Source: a virus
Taxonomy: Duplodnaviria; Caudoviricetes
Length of the DNA stretch: 63,908 bases
IMG/VR virus record: IMGVR_UViG_3300048033_000958
Span: 1-63,908 of that record
Strand: one strand, 5' to 3'
Below the pieces are notes generated by a model. It saw only the letters and a program-made list of their open reading frames with translations. It had not been told where the DNA came from and ran no database searches. The first letter of the stretch is position 1. Each line of letters starts with the position of its first letter. The translations under genes were made by a program, and so were the position numbers. Positions 9,065 through 18,298 of the stretch are shown in pieces.

Positions 9065-9626
9065 AACTTTTCCTTCTTAAACTTGTTGTAATAATAAGTA
9101 GTATCCTCCAATAGAGTAATATTGTAATTTTCAATAAAATATTGTAAGTTAGATACATTTTTGAATTGGTCGTGACCTATCTTTGTCTTGAATTGTACAT
9201 TACAATCAGGGTCGGATGGGTTTTCTGATATATACTTATCTGAATATTTTGCATTTGTTTGATAAAATGAGTAACCCGTTAGTGAGATATCACTATAACC
9301 CATATCTAATAAGTTAAATACTGCTATAATTCCTAAATTGCTATTAGTATTGTATGGCACTTTGTATTTTTTACCAATCACCGATTTAAGTTGTCGGTGT
9401 TTTTTGTAAATATTTTTAGCAGGAATACCATATTCGGATTTAAGATACTTATCAGTTACATTACGAGAAGACCACCCATTTAAAAATAACATATCAACTC
9501 TACTACCATAGTCATTAGGTAATTCTTTCATTAACTTATAACCTTGGTTCATTCGAACTATGATGTCGTAACTATCTATCAAATTACCCAACCCCATACC
9601 TTCTAAGTGTGGTGATGGTCCTACTA
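9000..9626. repeat. 43-bp perfect direct repeat at 9000-9042 and 9584-9626
   Basis: ttacccaaccccataccttctaagtgtggtgatggtcctacta occurs twice, encoding VGPSPHLEGMGLG in both GT29-like paralogs. Confidence 0.95.
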
Positions 9627-9648
9627 TTAAAACACGAGACTTATTCAC
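9040..9648 (-). CDS. Divergent GT29-like glycosyltransferase (paralog)
   Basis: VGPSPHL..G..IDSYDIIVRMN..DYGSRVD; NLG..TGYSFY; C-terminal His. Confidence 0.72.
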   Translation of the reverse strand: MNKSRVLIVGPSPHLEGMGLGNLIDSYDIIVRMNQGYKLMKELPNDYGSRVDMLFLNGWSSRNVTDKYLKSEYGIPAKNIYKKHRQLKSVIGKKYKVPYNTNSNLGIIAVFNLLDMGYSDISLTGYSFYQTNAKYSDKYISENPSDPDCNVQFKTKIGHDQFKNVSNLQYFIENYNITLLEDTTYYYNKFKKEKLCLHKPQS

Positions 9649-10172
9649 TTTAAATCTTCTTTATAGTGTACCTCAGTTCCATTTGTAGTAACTGCACCCA
9701 AGTAATATGATACATCTCTATTTGATTGTATGATTGACTTATCTAAAATCATAAGTCCATTCTCAACACCATTTTGGTCAAAACCACGAACCTCTTTTAA
9801 TTTATGAGATTGAAGTGTGGTGATACCTTTATTAATATCCGATGTTTGATTTCCTGGACAATTTGCCATTAAGGAAACGACTACATCATACTCTATATCC
9901 AAATTGTAATATGCGAACCTAAGTATAGTTATCAACTTGTCTTCATCACGAGTTGCATTTTTTGGTCTCCAAATAACACCTATATTGTTTTCTAAACAAT
10001 AGGACTTAATGTAATCCGAGTCAGTTATTACATATACATCATCTACCAACTCGGAATCCAACAATGGTTGAACGGAGTTCATAAACATAGGAACTCCATT
10101 TACCTTATGAATATTTTTATTTGGAAATCTATTTGAATTTTCCTTGGCAGCTACTAATCCTAATACTTTCAT
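9645..10172 (-). CDS. Short CMP-ulosonate synthetase (cytidylyltransferase, NeuA/KdsB family)
   Basis: AKENSNRFPNKNI, VITD, WRP motifs. Confidence 0.75.
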   Translation of the reverse strand: MKVLGLVAAKENSNRFPNKNIHKVNGVPMFMNSVQPLLDSELVDDVYVITDSDYIKSYCLENNIGVIWRPKNATRDEDKLITILRFAYYNLDIEYDVVVSLMANCPGNQTSDINKGITTLQSHKLKEVRGFDQNGVENGLMILDKSIIQSNRDVSYYLGAVTTNGTEVHYKEDLK

Positions 10173-10174
10173 AC

Positions 10175-10855
10175 TTATCTCTTTAACATAAATTCTGCTA
10201 AATCAAACTCAAATTGGGTATCAATATCTATTGAACGATTTCGTGGCATAAAGTATCCTTTGGTTTGACCAATGTAATAATTTTTGTTTTCTTTTAACTT
10301 CGAAGTCCACGAGCCATATAAAGCACCATTTGGTCTATAAACCATTGGGTGGTCTTGACTCCTACTATTACCATTTTGCCAAGGTTGAGTTTGGTCGTAA
10401 TCTTCTACGATGTTGTTATTTTTCACAACTAACCCAAGTGTGGGTGGGAACTCCATTTCGGTATATGATAATACTGAATCATCATTTTTACTCAACAACT
10501 CAGATGCTTTTATAAAGTCATCTGAAATCTTCATAGGTGATGTTGGTAGTGTTAACCAAGTTTGCTCGTATTCTTCATCTAAAAAATGTAATACCGTATC
10601 TATTACCTTTGAAGTATCGGTTGCCAACTCAAGTGGTCGTTTAACAACATCTAAGATTGTCGATGAGTAGTTTTTAGACACCAATGATAAAATCTCATCA
10701 TCATCTGAGGTGAATATTACTTTATCAAATACACCCGAATTTATTACCGAATCAATAGTATAGAACACCAATGGTTTACCATTTAGAGGTTTGATGTTTT
10801 TTCGTGGTAATCTTTTACTCCCCCCACGAGCAGGAATTACACATAATCTTTTCAT
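10175..10855 (-). CDS. neuA: Acylneuraminate cytidylyltransferase (CMP-sialic acid synthetase family)
   Basis: IPARGGSKRLPRKN, PTSP, NGALY, SIDIDT. Confidence 0.9.
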   Translation of the reverse strand: MKRLCVIPARGGSKRLPRKNIKPLNGKPLVFYTIDSVINSGVFDKVIFTSDDDEILSLVSKNYSSTILDVVKRPLELATDTSKVIDTVLHFLDEEYEQTWLTLPTSPMKISDDFIKASELLSKNDDSVLSYTEMEFPPTLGLVVKNNNIVEDYDQTQPWQNGNSRSQDHPMVYRPNGALYGSWTSKLKENKNYYIGQTKGYFMPRNRSIDIDTQFEFDLAEFMLKR

Positions 10856-11484
10856 GCTTTCTTAAATATATAATACCCCATCGGTTGTCCTGTTACAGTT
10901 TTTTCATAACCTTTATACATTTGGGTATATTGATTAGATTTAAACTTAGAAACCAAATCCATCTCATTTATAATAAGGCCTCTAAGGTAGTTGTTTTTAT
11001 AATCACTTTGTGACTTTGTAATATCACCCAATTTCACTTGAATTGCGATGTATTTTGGTGATATCACATTAGTCCAAATATCCAATACCTTATCAAGATA
11101 ACTTTCAGTCGGGAAATGTTGAATGACTTCGTTACATAGTATCACATCAGGAGCAGGTCCTTCATATTTAACTAAATCAATGTCATTATCTATTAATTGG
11201 GAGTATTTAATCCTTGGACAATATTGTAGTGCTGATTTTAAACTATGCTCAACGAGGTCAACACTATATACTTCGTAATCCAAATCTACTAATTTTTTAG
11301 AAATAAGACCACCACCACATCCCCAATCTAAAATAGAATTTATATCCTGTGAATTGGATATGGGGGATATCAAGTGTGTTGTAACCCGATTTAGTATACG
11401 AGTGGTTTTTTCTTCACCCATCTCAGATACTATATGGCGCATACCTTTATTTACATTTGTCCAAAATTGCTTAATGTTTTTCAT
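10852..11484 (-). CDS. Class I SAM-dependent methyltransferase
   Basis: ILDWGCGGG motif I, VDL, EVIQHF. Confidence 0.85.
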   Translation of the reverse strand: MKNIKQFWTNVNKGMRHIVSEMGEEKTTRILNRVTTHLISPISNSQDINSILDWGCGGGLISKKLVDLDYEVYSVDLVEHSLKSALQYCPRIKYSQLIDNDIDLVKYEGPAPDVILCNEVIQHFPTESYLDKVLDIWTNVISPKYIAIQVKLGDITKSQSDYKNNYLRGLIINEMDLVSKFKSNQYTQMYKGYEKTVTGQPMGYYIFKKA

Positions 11485-12239
11485 CTTAAATCATCTTTCA
11501 ATAAATCTACCATTTCTTCAAGAGGAAGTACTGAATCTGCATCCGAGTATGATAATGGTGGGTTTGGGTGTGCTTCTGCGAATACACCATCATAATTGAA
11601 AATATCAGTTGCTTTGAAATATCGTGCTGCCAAAGTTGGGTTACCGCCCATTCTACCATTTGGTTTTGGTAATTGTGCTGCGTGGGTGGTATCAAAGATA
11701 ACCTTATCAAAGTGTTCTTTCATAAAGTCAACACTTGAAAAGTCAACAACAAACTGAGAATATCCAAATGCAGAACCCCTTTCAGTCACCCAAACACTAC
11801 AATCAGGATTGGTGTTTTTCAACTTATCAATACCCTTTACCATATTTTGTGGATTCATCCATTGCCCCTTCTTGATATTAACCTCATTAGAACATCTTGC
11901 AGATTCAACCAACAAGTCAGTTTGTCTACACAAGAATGCTGGGATTTGAATCAAGTCAACGACATCTGAAATCTTTTCTACTTGATGTGTTTCGTGTACA
12001 TCAGTAGTAACCTTGAGACCAGGAAAGTCTTTCTTCAATTGTTTGAAGATTTCCATACCTTCTTCTAAACCAGGTCCTCTTTTACCTGTAATGGAACTAC
12101 GATTTGCTTTATCATATGAACCCTTGAAGTAAAAGTTTGAATCCTTTACATATGGGTAAACTGCCGATAGAACTTCGTGTGATAATTCATAAGTCTCTAA
12201 ACTACAAGGACCTATGATGTATGTTTTATCTTTACTCAT
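11481..12239 (-). CDS. kdsA: KDO-8-phosphate synthase
   Basis: GPC, YDKANRSS, TDVHE, QIPAFLCRQTDL, KKGQ, ERG, DTTH, EAHP, SDAD. Confidence 0.93.
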   Translation of the reverse strand: MSKDKTYIIGPCSLETYELSHEVLSAVYPYVKDSNFYFKGSYDKANRSSITGKRGPGLEEGMEIFKQLKKDFPGLKVTTDVHETHQVEKISDVVDLIQIPAFLCRQTDLLVESARCSNEVNIKKGQWMNPQNMVKGIDKLKNTNPDCSVWVTERGSAFGYSQFVVDFSSVDFMKEHFDKVIFDTTHAAQLPKPNGRMGGNPTLAARYFKATDIFNYDGVFAEAHPNPPLSYSDADSVLPLEEMVDLLKDDLR

Positions 12240-13120
12240 AATACTTTATTAAGTGCGTTTATAATTTGCTCAGTTTCGTTTTGTGTTGGTTGATTAAAAG
12301 GTCTTCTATCATTTTGTATGAAACCCATTTCTTTTAAAGCAGTTCTCATTGACATATGCCATCCTATTTTCATAAAGGTTTCAAACATAGGACTTTCAAT
12401 TTGATAGATGATTTCCTTTGACCCATATAAATCATTCTCAAAATACTTTTTATAAAACACCTCTTCCCACTTTGGATTAAATGACCCAACACCTACTAAA
12501 TAAGTAGTTGCCCCGTGTGGTTGTAATGCCCAAAATCGCTTCATACTTCCACCTGCCACAATAACCTCTAATGTATTGGGTATGTTTGTAGTGGAATGCA
12601 TTAAGTTTCCTGCCTCTTCTTTCATACCCACAAACCCACTAATCTTACTCAATCTTTCAAGTAAAGGTTTGCTGTATTCGTAAGACCCACCCATTCCACG
12701 TTTGAGTACATTTCCGTGTACAAGAATTGGGTAGTCAGATACCTCACAAATATGCTCAAAGAATTCTACAACTTGGTCATCATTATAATATCTTTCGGGG
12801 AATAGTATCAATAAGGATGTTTGAGAGATATCAAATCTACCATTTAACAACTCAATCTCTTCAATCAAGTGTCTTGTAGATAATTGAGGTAGTCCCAAAA
12901 TAGCATCACCATCAAACCCTACTACAACTTCGTTGAGCTCGCGTACCTCTTCTCTACTCATTAGATTGAATTGAGAAGTACCTGCCGTTGTCATTACAAT
13001 CTTAGCACCTCCATTTTTTAGATGTGTAAGATACTTTTTTGTAGATTCCAACTCCAAGTTCTCATTTTCATCAAATGAAGGTGAAATTGGGTAGATTGGT
13101 CCATTGAATCGTTTTATCAT
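12236..13120 (-). CDS. DapA/NanA-family class I aldolase
   Basis: PSFDENENL N-terminal pattern, AGTSQF in place of GTTGE, Schiff-base Lys in GMKEE. Confidence 0.75.
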   Translation of the reverse strand: MIKRFNGPIYPISPSFDENENLELESTKKYLTHLKNGGAKIVMTTAGTSQFNLMSREEVRELNEVVVGFDGDAILGLPQLSTRHLIEEIELLNGRFDISQTSLLILFPERYYNDDQVVEFFEHICEVSDYPILVHGNVLKRGMGGSYEYSKPLLERLSKISGFVGMKEEAGNLMHSTTNIPNTLEVIVAGGSMKRFWALQPHGATTYLVGVGSFNPKWEEVFYKKYFENDLYGSKEIIYQIESPMFETFMKIGWHMSMRTALKEMGFIQNDRRPFNQPTQNETEQIINALNKVL

Positions 13121-13410
13121 ATCTCTTCTATTCTTTTAGTCTTATCACAAATCAATAAGTCGTATGGTGGTTTTTCCCCTACACTTAGGTGATGGTATTT
13201 ACACCCCCACTCATCCAATTGTCGTTTAGTCACATCGTACCAATCAATGCCCGTGACACTTCCGCGGGCAGTCCAATAGGTTATGGTATGACCTTCATCA
13301 TACAATATACAAATTTTTTTTATATTATCAAAGTTTGGAACTGCCTTTTCGTAACTTCGTTCGCCTTCGTAAAAGCAAATAGTCTCATCAATGTCTACAT
13401 ATATATTCAT
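13117..13410 (-). CDS. Small HAD-family phosphatase
   Basis: DIDETIC (DxDxT), WTARG, KP..D..I.DK. Confidence 0.8.
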   Translation of the reverse strand: MNIYVDIDETICFYEGERSYEKAVPNFDNIKKICILYDEGHTITYWTARGSVTGIDWYDVTKRQLDEWGCKYHHLSVGEKPPYDLLICDKTKRIEEI

Positions 13411-13424
13411 AGTTCTATTACATT

Positions 13425-14261
13425 TTAAGATATTGCTCTACCTTCCATACTTTCCCAATCTCTATCAGTTCTTACACTCTGATTCGTTTGTTGTGTGGCA
13501 CGTAGTACATTATTAGTCGTGTTCAGCATTTGAGTTAATTTCAATAAGGCAGATAAGTCTTTAGGAAAGCAATGTCCCCCAAATCCTAAATCACCATCTG
13601 GACCTGGAACTGCCCAGTGTGATTTACCCAACCTCTCATCATAAGTTGCATACTCAATTACTTTGTCGTAATCCAATCCTAACTTATTACACAATTCATA
13701 AATCTCATTTGCAAATGACACCTTCGTTGCAAGGAATGTGTTGGTTAGATACTTGACCATCTCTGCGTGTGTAGAACTCGTTTTAATAATAGGAGTTGTA
13801 GGAAACACCAAACTATAAATTTGTTTGAGTAGAGTAGTTCCTTTGCGAGGACCACCCAAGATAATCTTTGATTGATTCTCAAAGTCTTGTACTGCGTTTG
13901 CTTCGGTCAAGAATTCGGGATTAAATACAATCGTGAGGTTCTTGAAATTTTTGTTGAACATCTCGGTTGTGGTAGGTGGGATAGTGGACTTGATAACTGC
14001 CACGATTGACTTCCCTACCTCGTTGAGTTCGTTGAGCACGGACTCTACAATAGAGATATCACACGACCCATCTATCCTCTTCATAGGTGTGGGTACACAT
14101 ACAAATACAACATCGGAAAGGTTCACCACCTCTTCTAAGGTATCCGTAGTTCGTTTAGTTTCATCCAAGTCGAATGTTTTTACATCAAAGTAATTCTTAA
14201 ACTTTTGATAAATAGCATTGCCTACAAAGCCCTGTCCGATTATGCCTATATTTGCTTTCAT
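13425..14261 (-). CDS. ugd: UDP-glucose/GDP-mannose 6-dehydrogenase family protein
   Basis: GQGFVG, CVPTP, IKSTI, NPEFL, GFGGHCFPKD; start reassigned to MKANIG. Confidence 0.88.
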   Translation of the reverse strand: MKANIGIIGQGFVGNAIYQKFKNYFDVKTFDLDETKRTTDTLEEVVNLSDVVFVCVPTPMKRIDGSCDISIVESVLNELNEVGKSIVAVIKSTIPPTTTEMFNKNFKNLTIVFNPEFLTEANAVQDFENQSKIILGGPRKGTTLLKQIYSLVFPTTPIIKTSSTHAEMVKYLTNTFLATKVSFANEIYELCNKLGLDYDKVIEYATYDERLGKSHWAVPGPDGDLGFGGHCFPKDLSALLKLTQMLNTTNNVLRATQQTNQSVRTDRDWESMEGRAIS

Positions 14262-14311
14262 AGATAATTGTAAAATTTTCTTGTGACACACGATTCGTTC
14301 CCAAAATGGAA

Positions 14312-14938
14312 TTACACGAGGGTGTCGTAATATTCGTTTTGCTTCTCTTGTCGTTCGATTTCTTTTGGGTGGTATAGTGATAACTCTTCCATCCAAGGTA
14401 GGTTTGATATAGTTTCGTATCCAACGAGTTTCTCGTGTACCTTATTTTCCCAACGAATGGTTTCTGAATTACGATAGATTCTCCATTGAGGGTCTGGGAA
14501 GTTTACCCAACCCTGCTCATTGACATTCCATCCCCACTTCTGAATATGGTCTTGGGTCAGCCCATCCACCGTGTTTACTCGTGGTACGAGAATTACATCA
14601 ACATCGTTTGCTTCCAAGATTGCGTGAATGTTATCCATAAGAGTTTCGTGAGGATACTCATCTGCATCAATCTGAAAGATGTAATCACCACTACAATGTT
14701 TGGTAAGTTCATTCTTTAAATTTGCGAAGTGTCCATCGAACTCGTATGGATACCATAGGAATCGTGATGTTTCTACATTCATCTTACGAAGATAACTCTC
14801 AACACCAATGCTACCATTTTTTGAATCGTATAAAACCACGATTTCATCTTGAGGTTGTTTGAGTGTTAATAGTGTTTGGAGTAGTCTTTGGATTTCAAGG
14901 AACTCATCCTTGACTGTTATTGCGTAACTTAATTTCAT
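14312..14938 (-). CDS. GT2-family glycosyltransferase
   Basis: QIDADE DxD motif, W.NKVHE. Confidence 0.85.
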   Translation of the reverse strand: MKLSYAITVKDEFLEIQRLLQTLLTLKQPQDEIVVLYDSKNGSIGVESYLRKMNVETSRFLWYPYEFDGHFANLKNELTKHCSGDYIFQIDADEYPHETLMDNIHAILEANDVDVILVPRVNTVDGLTQDHIQKWGWNVNEQGWVNFPDPQWRIYRNSETIRWENKVHEKLVGYETISNLPWMEELSLYHPKEIERQEKQNEYYDTLV

Positions 14939-15047
14939 CTAATAATTCTTTTACTTCAAGTGTTTCTTCACAAAACACCAATTTAATAGTTCTTACACCA
15001 CGATTATGTAGGTGTTCTAAATTCTTAGTTAGTTTATCTAATTCCAT
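14904..15047 (-). CDS. Small hypothetical protein (47 aa)
   Basis: Manual translation MELDKLTKNLEHLHNRGVRTIKLVFCEETLEVKELLDEIKLRNNSQG; fills the gap directly after the upstream stop. Confidence 0.35.
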   Translation of the reverse strand: MELDKLTKNLEHLHNRGVRTIKLVFCEETLEVKELLDEIKLRNNSQG

Positions 15048-15560
15048 TTAGATATCCTTTAGAAAATCAGGTGTGTCATCTTCCCTATCTGCTGCCTCAT
15101 CTTGTCTTCGTTCTGCGGCGGAATCCACTCTATCAAATATACCGTAGTCATAGTTATACACTGTGATTGTCGATACATTCTTTGCTAAGAGTGTTCTATA
15201 CCCATCCTTTAACTTTAATCTGCTATTTCGTTTGATTTCATTCAGATAGAAGTTCTTTGCATTTACATCAAGATTTAGTTTGGTCAAGTCCAACTTCTTT
15301 ACATTGGGAGTCGTGCTTATTATCTCATTAAAGTTATCTGCAAGTCTAAAAAATGATGAGGGGTGAATATGTTTCAAATCTAAACAATGGAAGTATTGTC
15401 TGAAGTTAGGGTTTAACACAAACACAAAATAGTCACGACCTTCCCCACTTACTTTTTTGTAACGGATTTTAGCAACCTGCCCCATCTCCAATTTACCTTT
15501 GGTAACTCGAATTGGGTCGGTCATTCGATTCCTATGTTGTGTTGTGTAATCCCTTGCCAT
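15048..15560 (-). CDS. Hypothetical protein, weak resemblance to T4 gp2 DNA end protector
   Basis: GQVAKIRY..FVFVL..FHCLDLKHI pattern. Confidence 0.4.
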   Translation of the reverse strand: MARDYTTQHRNRMTDPIRVTKGKLEMGQVAKIRYKKVSGEGRDYFVFVLNPNFRQYFHCLDLKHIHPSSFFRLADNFNEIISTTPNVKKLDLTKLNLDVNAKNFYLNEIKRNSRLKLKDGYRTLLAKNVSTITVYNYDYGIFDRVDSAAERRQDEAADREDDTPDFLKDI

Positions 15561-16837
15561 TATTTACTTACCTTCTTCAACTTCGGTAGTTTAAGTCCAA
15601 CTTGTGTAGGACCTTCACCTGCCTTATAAGTGTCAAGTAATTCGGACAATTTACTTGACATTTGGTCAATTGTAAAGTTGTCTTTTACATACTTACGATT
15701 CTTACGAGACCTCTCAGTTGCTTTCTTATAATTATCGTAAATCCACTTCATAACACCACCTGCTTCACCAAAGTTTATACCAAACCACTTTGACTCTTTC
15801 AAAATCCACTTATTTGCAGCTGAGGCATCTACTTCTTGGAGTTCACCACCTACCAAAAAGTTGAAATCAGATTTTAAGAAATCTAAGTGACCACTCCAAT
15901 TAGATGCAATGATTGGTTTACCACTTACACATGCTTCGAGTAATGGTCTACCAAATCCCTCACCACGAGTGAATGAAACGTGTGCTTTTACCTTTGGGTG
16001 ATTGTATAGTGAATTCATCTCTTCATCTGAAAGGTCTCCATCGAGAATATATACATTGGGTAGATTGTTTGAATCAATCATATTCTTAATCATCTCAACT
16101 CTCTTTCTCAACTCGTGGACATTTGTAATACCAGGTGCGGTAATAGATGTCTTGAGGATGAGTGCAGGTTTGTTCTTCTTGTTCTTGAAGGTATTGAAGA
16201 ATGTATGAATCAAACCACCCACATTTTTTCTATCGTGTCCAATGTTACCTTGTAACCAATGACCCACGAATAGGTATGCAAATGATTCTTTTACATCACC
16301 CATCACTTCTTTTACTGACTGATGAACCTCTACCTTATTATCATACACCATTGGGTCAAAACCTTCAAACAATACCTCAACGGGTTTTGTAAGTTTTACC
16401 TCACCTACTTTTTGTTTGGTCTTCTCATCAATCTTGTCATAAGTTGCTTGAAGAGTGGTCTTCGAATGTTCCGATGATACAAGTGTCAAATCCATACGAT
16501 TACACCCTTCGATAAAGTCTGGTGATGCGTTTGTGGTTTCAATCACTGCCGATACACCAATGTTAAAGTGTCCAACTGGTTGGAACTCACTTGGGATTGT
16601 AATCTGCATCCATACATCTGGTTTCTGATTCATCTGACCTGTAATAAGTCGAGATGTTAGGTCTTCATCTTCACTTGTCAATGCATTCTGAGGTGTATTA
16701 CCCCATCTTTGTGGTAGGATTTTAATGTCCCACTCTTCACCTTTAGTTTCAATTAGTGAACGAACTAAGTCTCTCGAACGAGACCCATATCCACTTCGTG
16801 TTGCGATAGGGCAACTAACTACACATAACTTTTTCAT
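15560..16837 (-). CDS. GT4-family glycosyltransferase
   Basis: SGYG, RKN, RGEGFGRPLLEA, SGHLDF. Confidence 0.88.
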   Translation of the reverse strand: MKKLCVVSCPIATRSGYGSRSRDLVRSLIETKGEEWDIKILPQRWGNTPQNALTSEDEDLTSRLITGQMNQKPDVWMQITIPSEFQPVGHFNIGVSAVIETTNASPDFIEGCNRMDLTLVSSEHSKTTLQATYDKIDEKTKQKVGEVKLTKPVEVLFEGFDPMVYDNKVEVHQSVKEVMGDVKESFAYLFVGHWLQGNIGHDRKNVGGLIHTFFNTFKNKKNKPALILKTSITAPGITNVHELRKRVEMIKNMIDSNNLPNVYILDGDLSDEEMNSLYNHPKVKAHVSFTRGEGFGRPLLEACVSGKPIIASNWSGHLDFLKSDFNFLVGGELQEVDASAANKWILKESKWFGINFGEAGGVMKWIYDNYKKATERSRKNRKYVKDNFTIDQMSSKLSELLDTYKAGEGPTQVGLKLPKLKKVSK

Positions 16838-18243
16838 GCTTCGTATATTTCAAATCGTTTACGAGGTGTCCAATTTTCAAAACACCCATCAATTGCTTCA
16901 ATAAATGATACACCCATTTCTTCGGATGACATCTTACTTTCGTTAATCACCCACTCGTGACCTTCTTGACCTACTTTTTCCAAGTGGTCTTTACCTGCTC
17001 TAAATGCATATCCCAACTTCTCTGCGACATCCATAAAGTCACATCTATCATCGAAGATAAACGGAGTTTGTGGTGAACCTTGGAGTGACCTATTAGATGG
17101 CCATACCGCATATGCCCAATTTCCCCAGGCAAGTAGTTCGTTGTTAGCCCACTTTCTTCTATCGTGTAGTGACCCAATCTCTACATAATCTTCTGCAGTT
17201 AATGATTCACCTTCCAAATCAAATCCACATTGGTCTTGTAATCCACCAGTCACATTCACCACGATTGGTGTACCTGCTCTCAACGCCTCACAAGATGCGA
17301 GACCGAATCCTTCGTTAGATGCGATGTTTAAGATGATGTCGCCCGAATTGTAATATAGGTTCAACTCTTCAGTCGAGAACTTAGTATCGGTAAACTTGTA
17401 ATCGCCATAGTGACCATTGTGTTTGATTACTTCATTCAAATCAGTACCATTGTCATCACTTCGCTGAGTATGTAAGAATAGACATACTTTCTTATCCTCG
17501 TGTTGTTTTGCAAACTCGTTGAATGCAAGAATTACATCACCTGGTACTTTTCTACGAATGTTTCTATTGTTCCATAAGACTACAAAATCATATTCGTTAA
17601 GTCCGTGCTTTTCTTTGAATTCTATCAATTTCTCATCATCCGATGCGAGTGGTCTAAAATGCTTTGATACTCCGTGTGGAATATATTTGTATGCCCAATT
17701 TTCCTTTGCCATACCATACTTCTCAAGAGTTCTCTTGTTGATACCATATGTTTGTTTTGAGATTGACACCAACAAATCACACGATGCGTAAAATGGTGCG
17801 TTCCACATTGGGTCTGGTAATGAGTCCCAAATGTTGTAATACATAATCGGACAAAACTCTCTTACCTCATGCTCCATATCATACAACCACTTCCAAAAAC
17901 GAGGGTCGGTAAAGTGTAGGATAGCATCTGGTTTTTCGATGTTAATTAATTGTCTCAATACATCTGGGTTACCATATCCAGTATTTGCATATATTTTAAG
18001 AGATGCATCATCAACACCAGTTTCTTTACGAACATCATCAGATACATCGAAAACTTTCCCTGCATCTGGATGTTTGAGTGCTGCTCCTAATTGAACCCAA
18101 TCATATTTATGGATTGTCGATAAGACAATCTCTTTTGATTGAGTTGCGATACCACTATGTAATCTAAGGTCATCCGATAGAAGTAGAATCTTTTTCTTCT
18201 TCGGTCTATTTGGGTCTACTTTGCGTAGTTTTGGTAATTCCAT
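16834..18243 (-). CDS. GT4-family glycosyltransferase
   Basis: IPHGV, NRNIRRK, NEGFGLASCEA, TGGLQDQ. Confidence 0.88.
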   Translation of the reverse strand: MELPKLRKVDPNRPKKKKILLLSDDLRLHSGIATQSKEIVLSTIHKYDWVQLGAALKHPDAGKVFDVSDDVRKETGVDDASLKIYANTGYGNPDVLRQLINIEKPDAILHFTDPRFWKWLYDMEHEVREFCPIMYYNIWDSLPDPMWNAPFYASCDLLVSISKQTYGINKRTLEKYGMAKENWAYKYIPHGVSKHFRPLASDDEKLIEFKEKHGLNEYDFVVLWNNRNIRRKVPGDVILAFNEFAKQHEDKKVCLFLHTQRSDDNGTDLNEVIKHNGHYGDYKFTDTKFSTEELNLYYNSGDIILNIASNEGFGLASCEALRAGTPIVVNVTGGLQDQCGFDLEGESLTAEDYVEIGSLHDRRKWANNELLAWGNWAYAVWPSNRSLQGSPQTPFIFDDRCDFMDVAEKLGYAFRAGKDHLEKVGQEGHEWVINESKMSSEEMGVSFIEAIDGCFENWTPRKRFEIYEA

Positions 18244-18298
18244 TCGTAACTTTTTCCTTTTTATATTCTATAAATATACAAAAAAACTTTGTTAATTC

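Noticed and set aside
14262-14424. N-terminal extension of the dehydrogenase and ORF 14197..14424
   Set aside because: They overlap the GT2 gene; the Rossmann motif begins right after Met at 14261.
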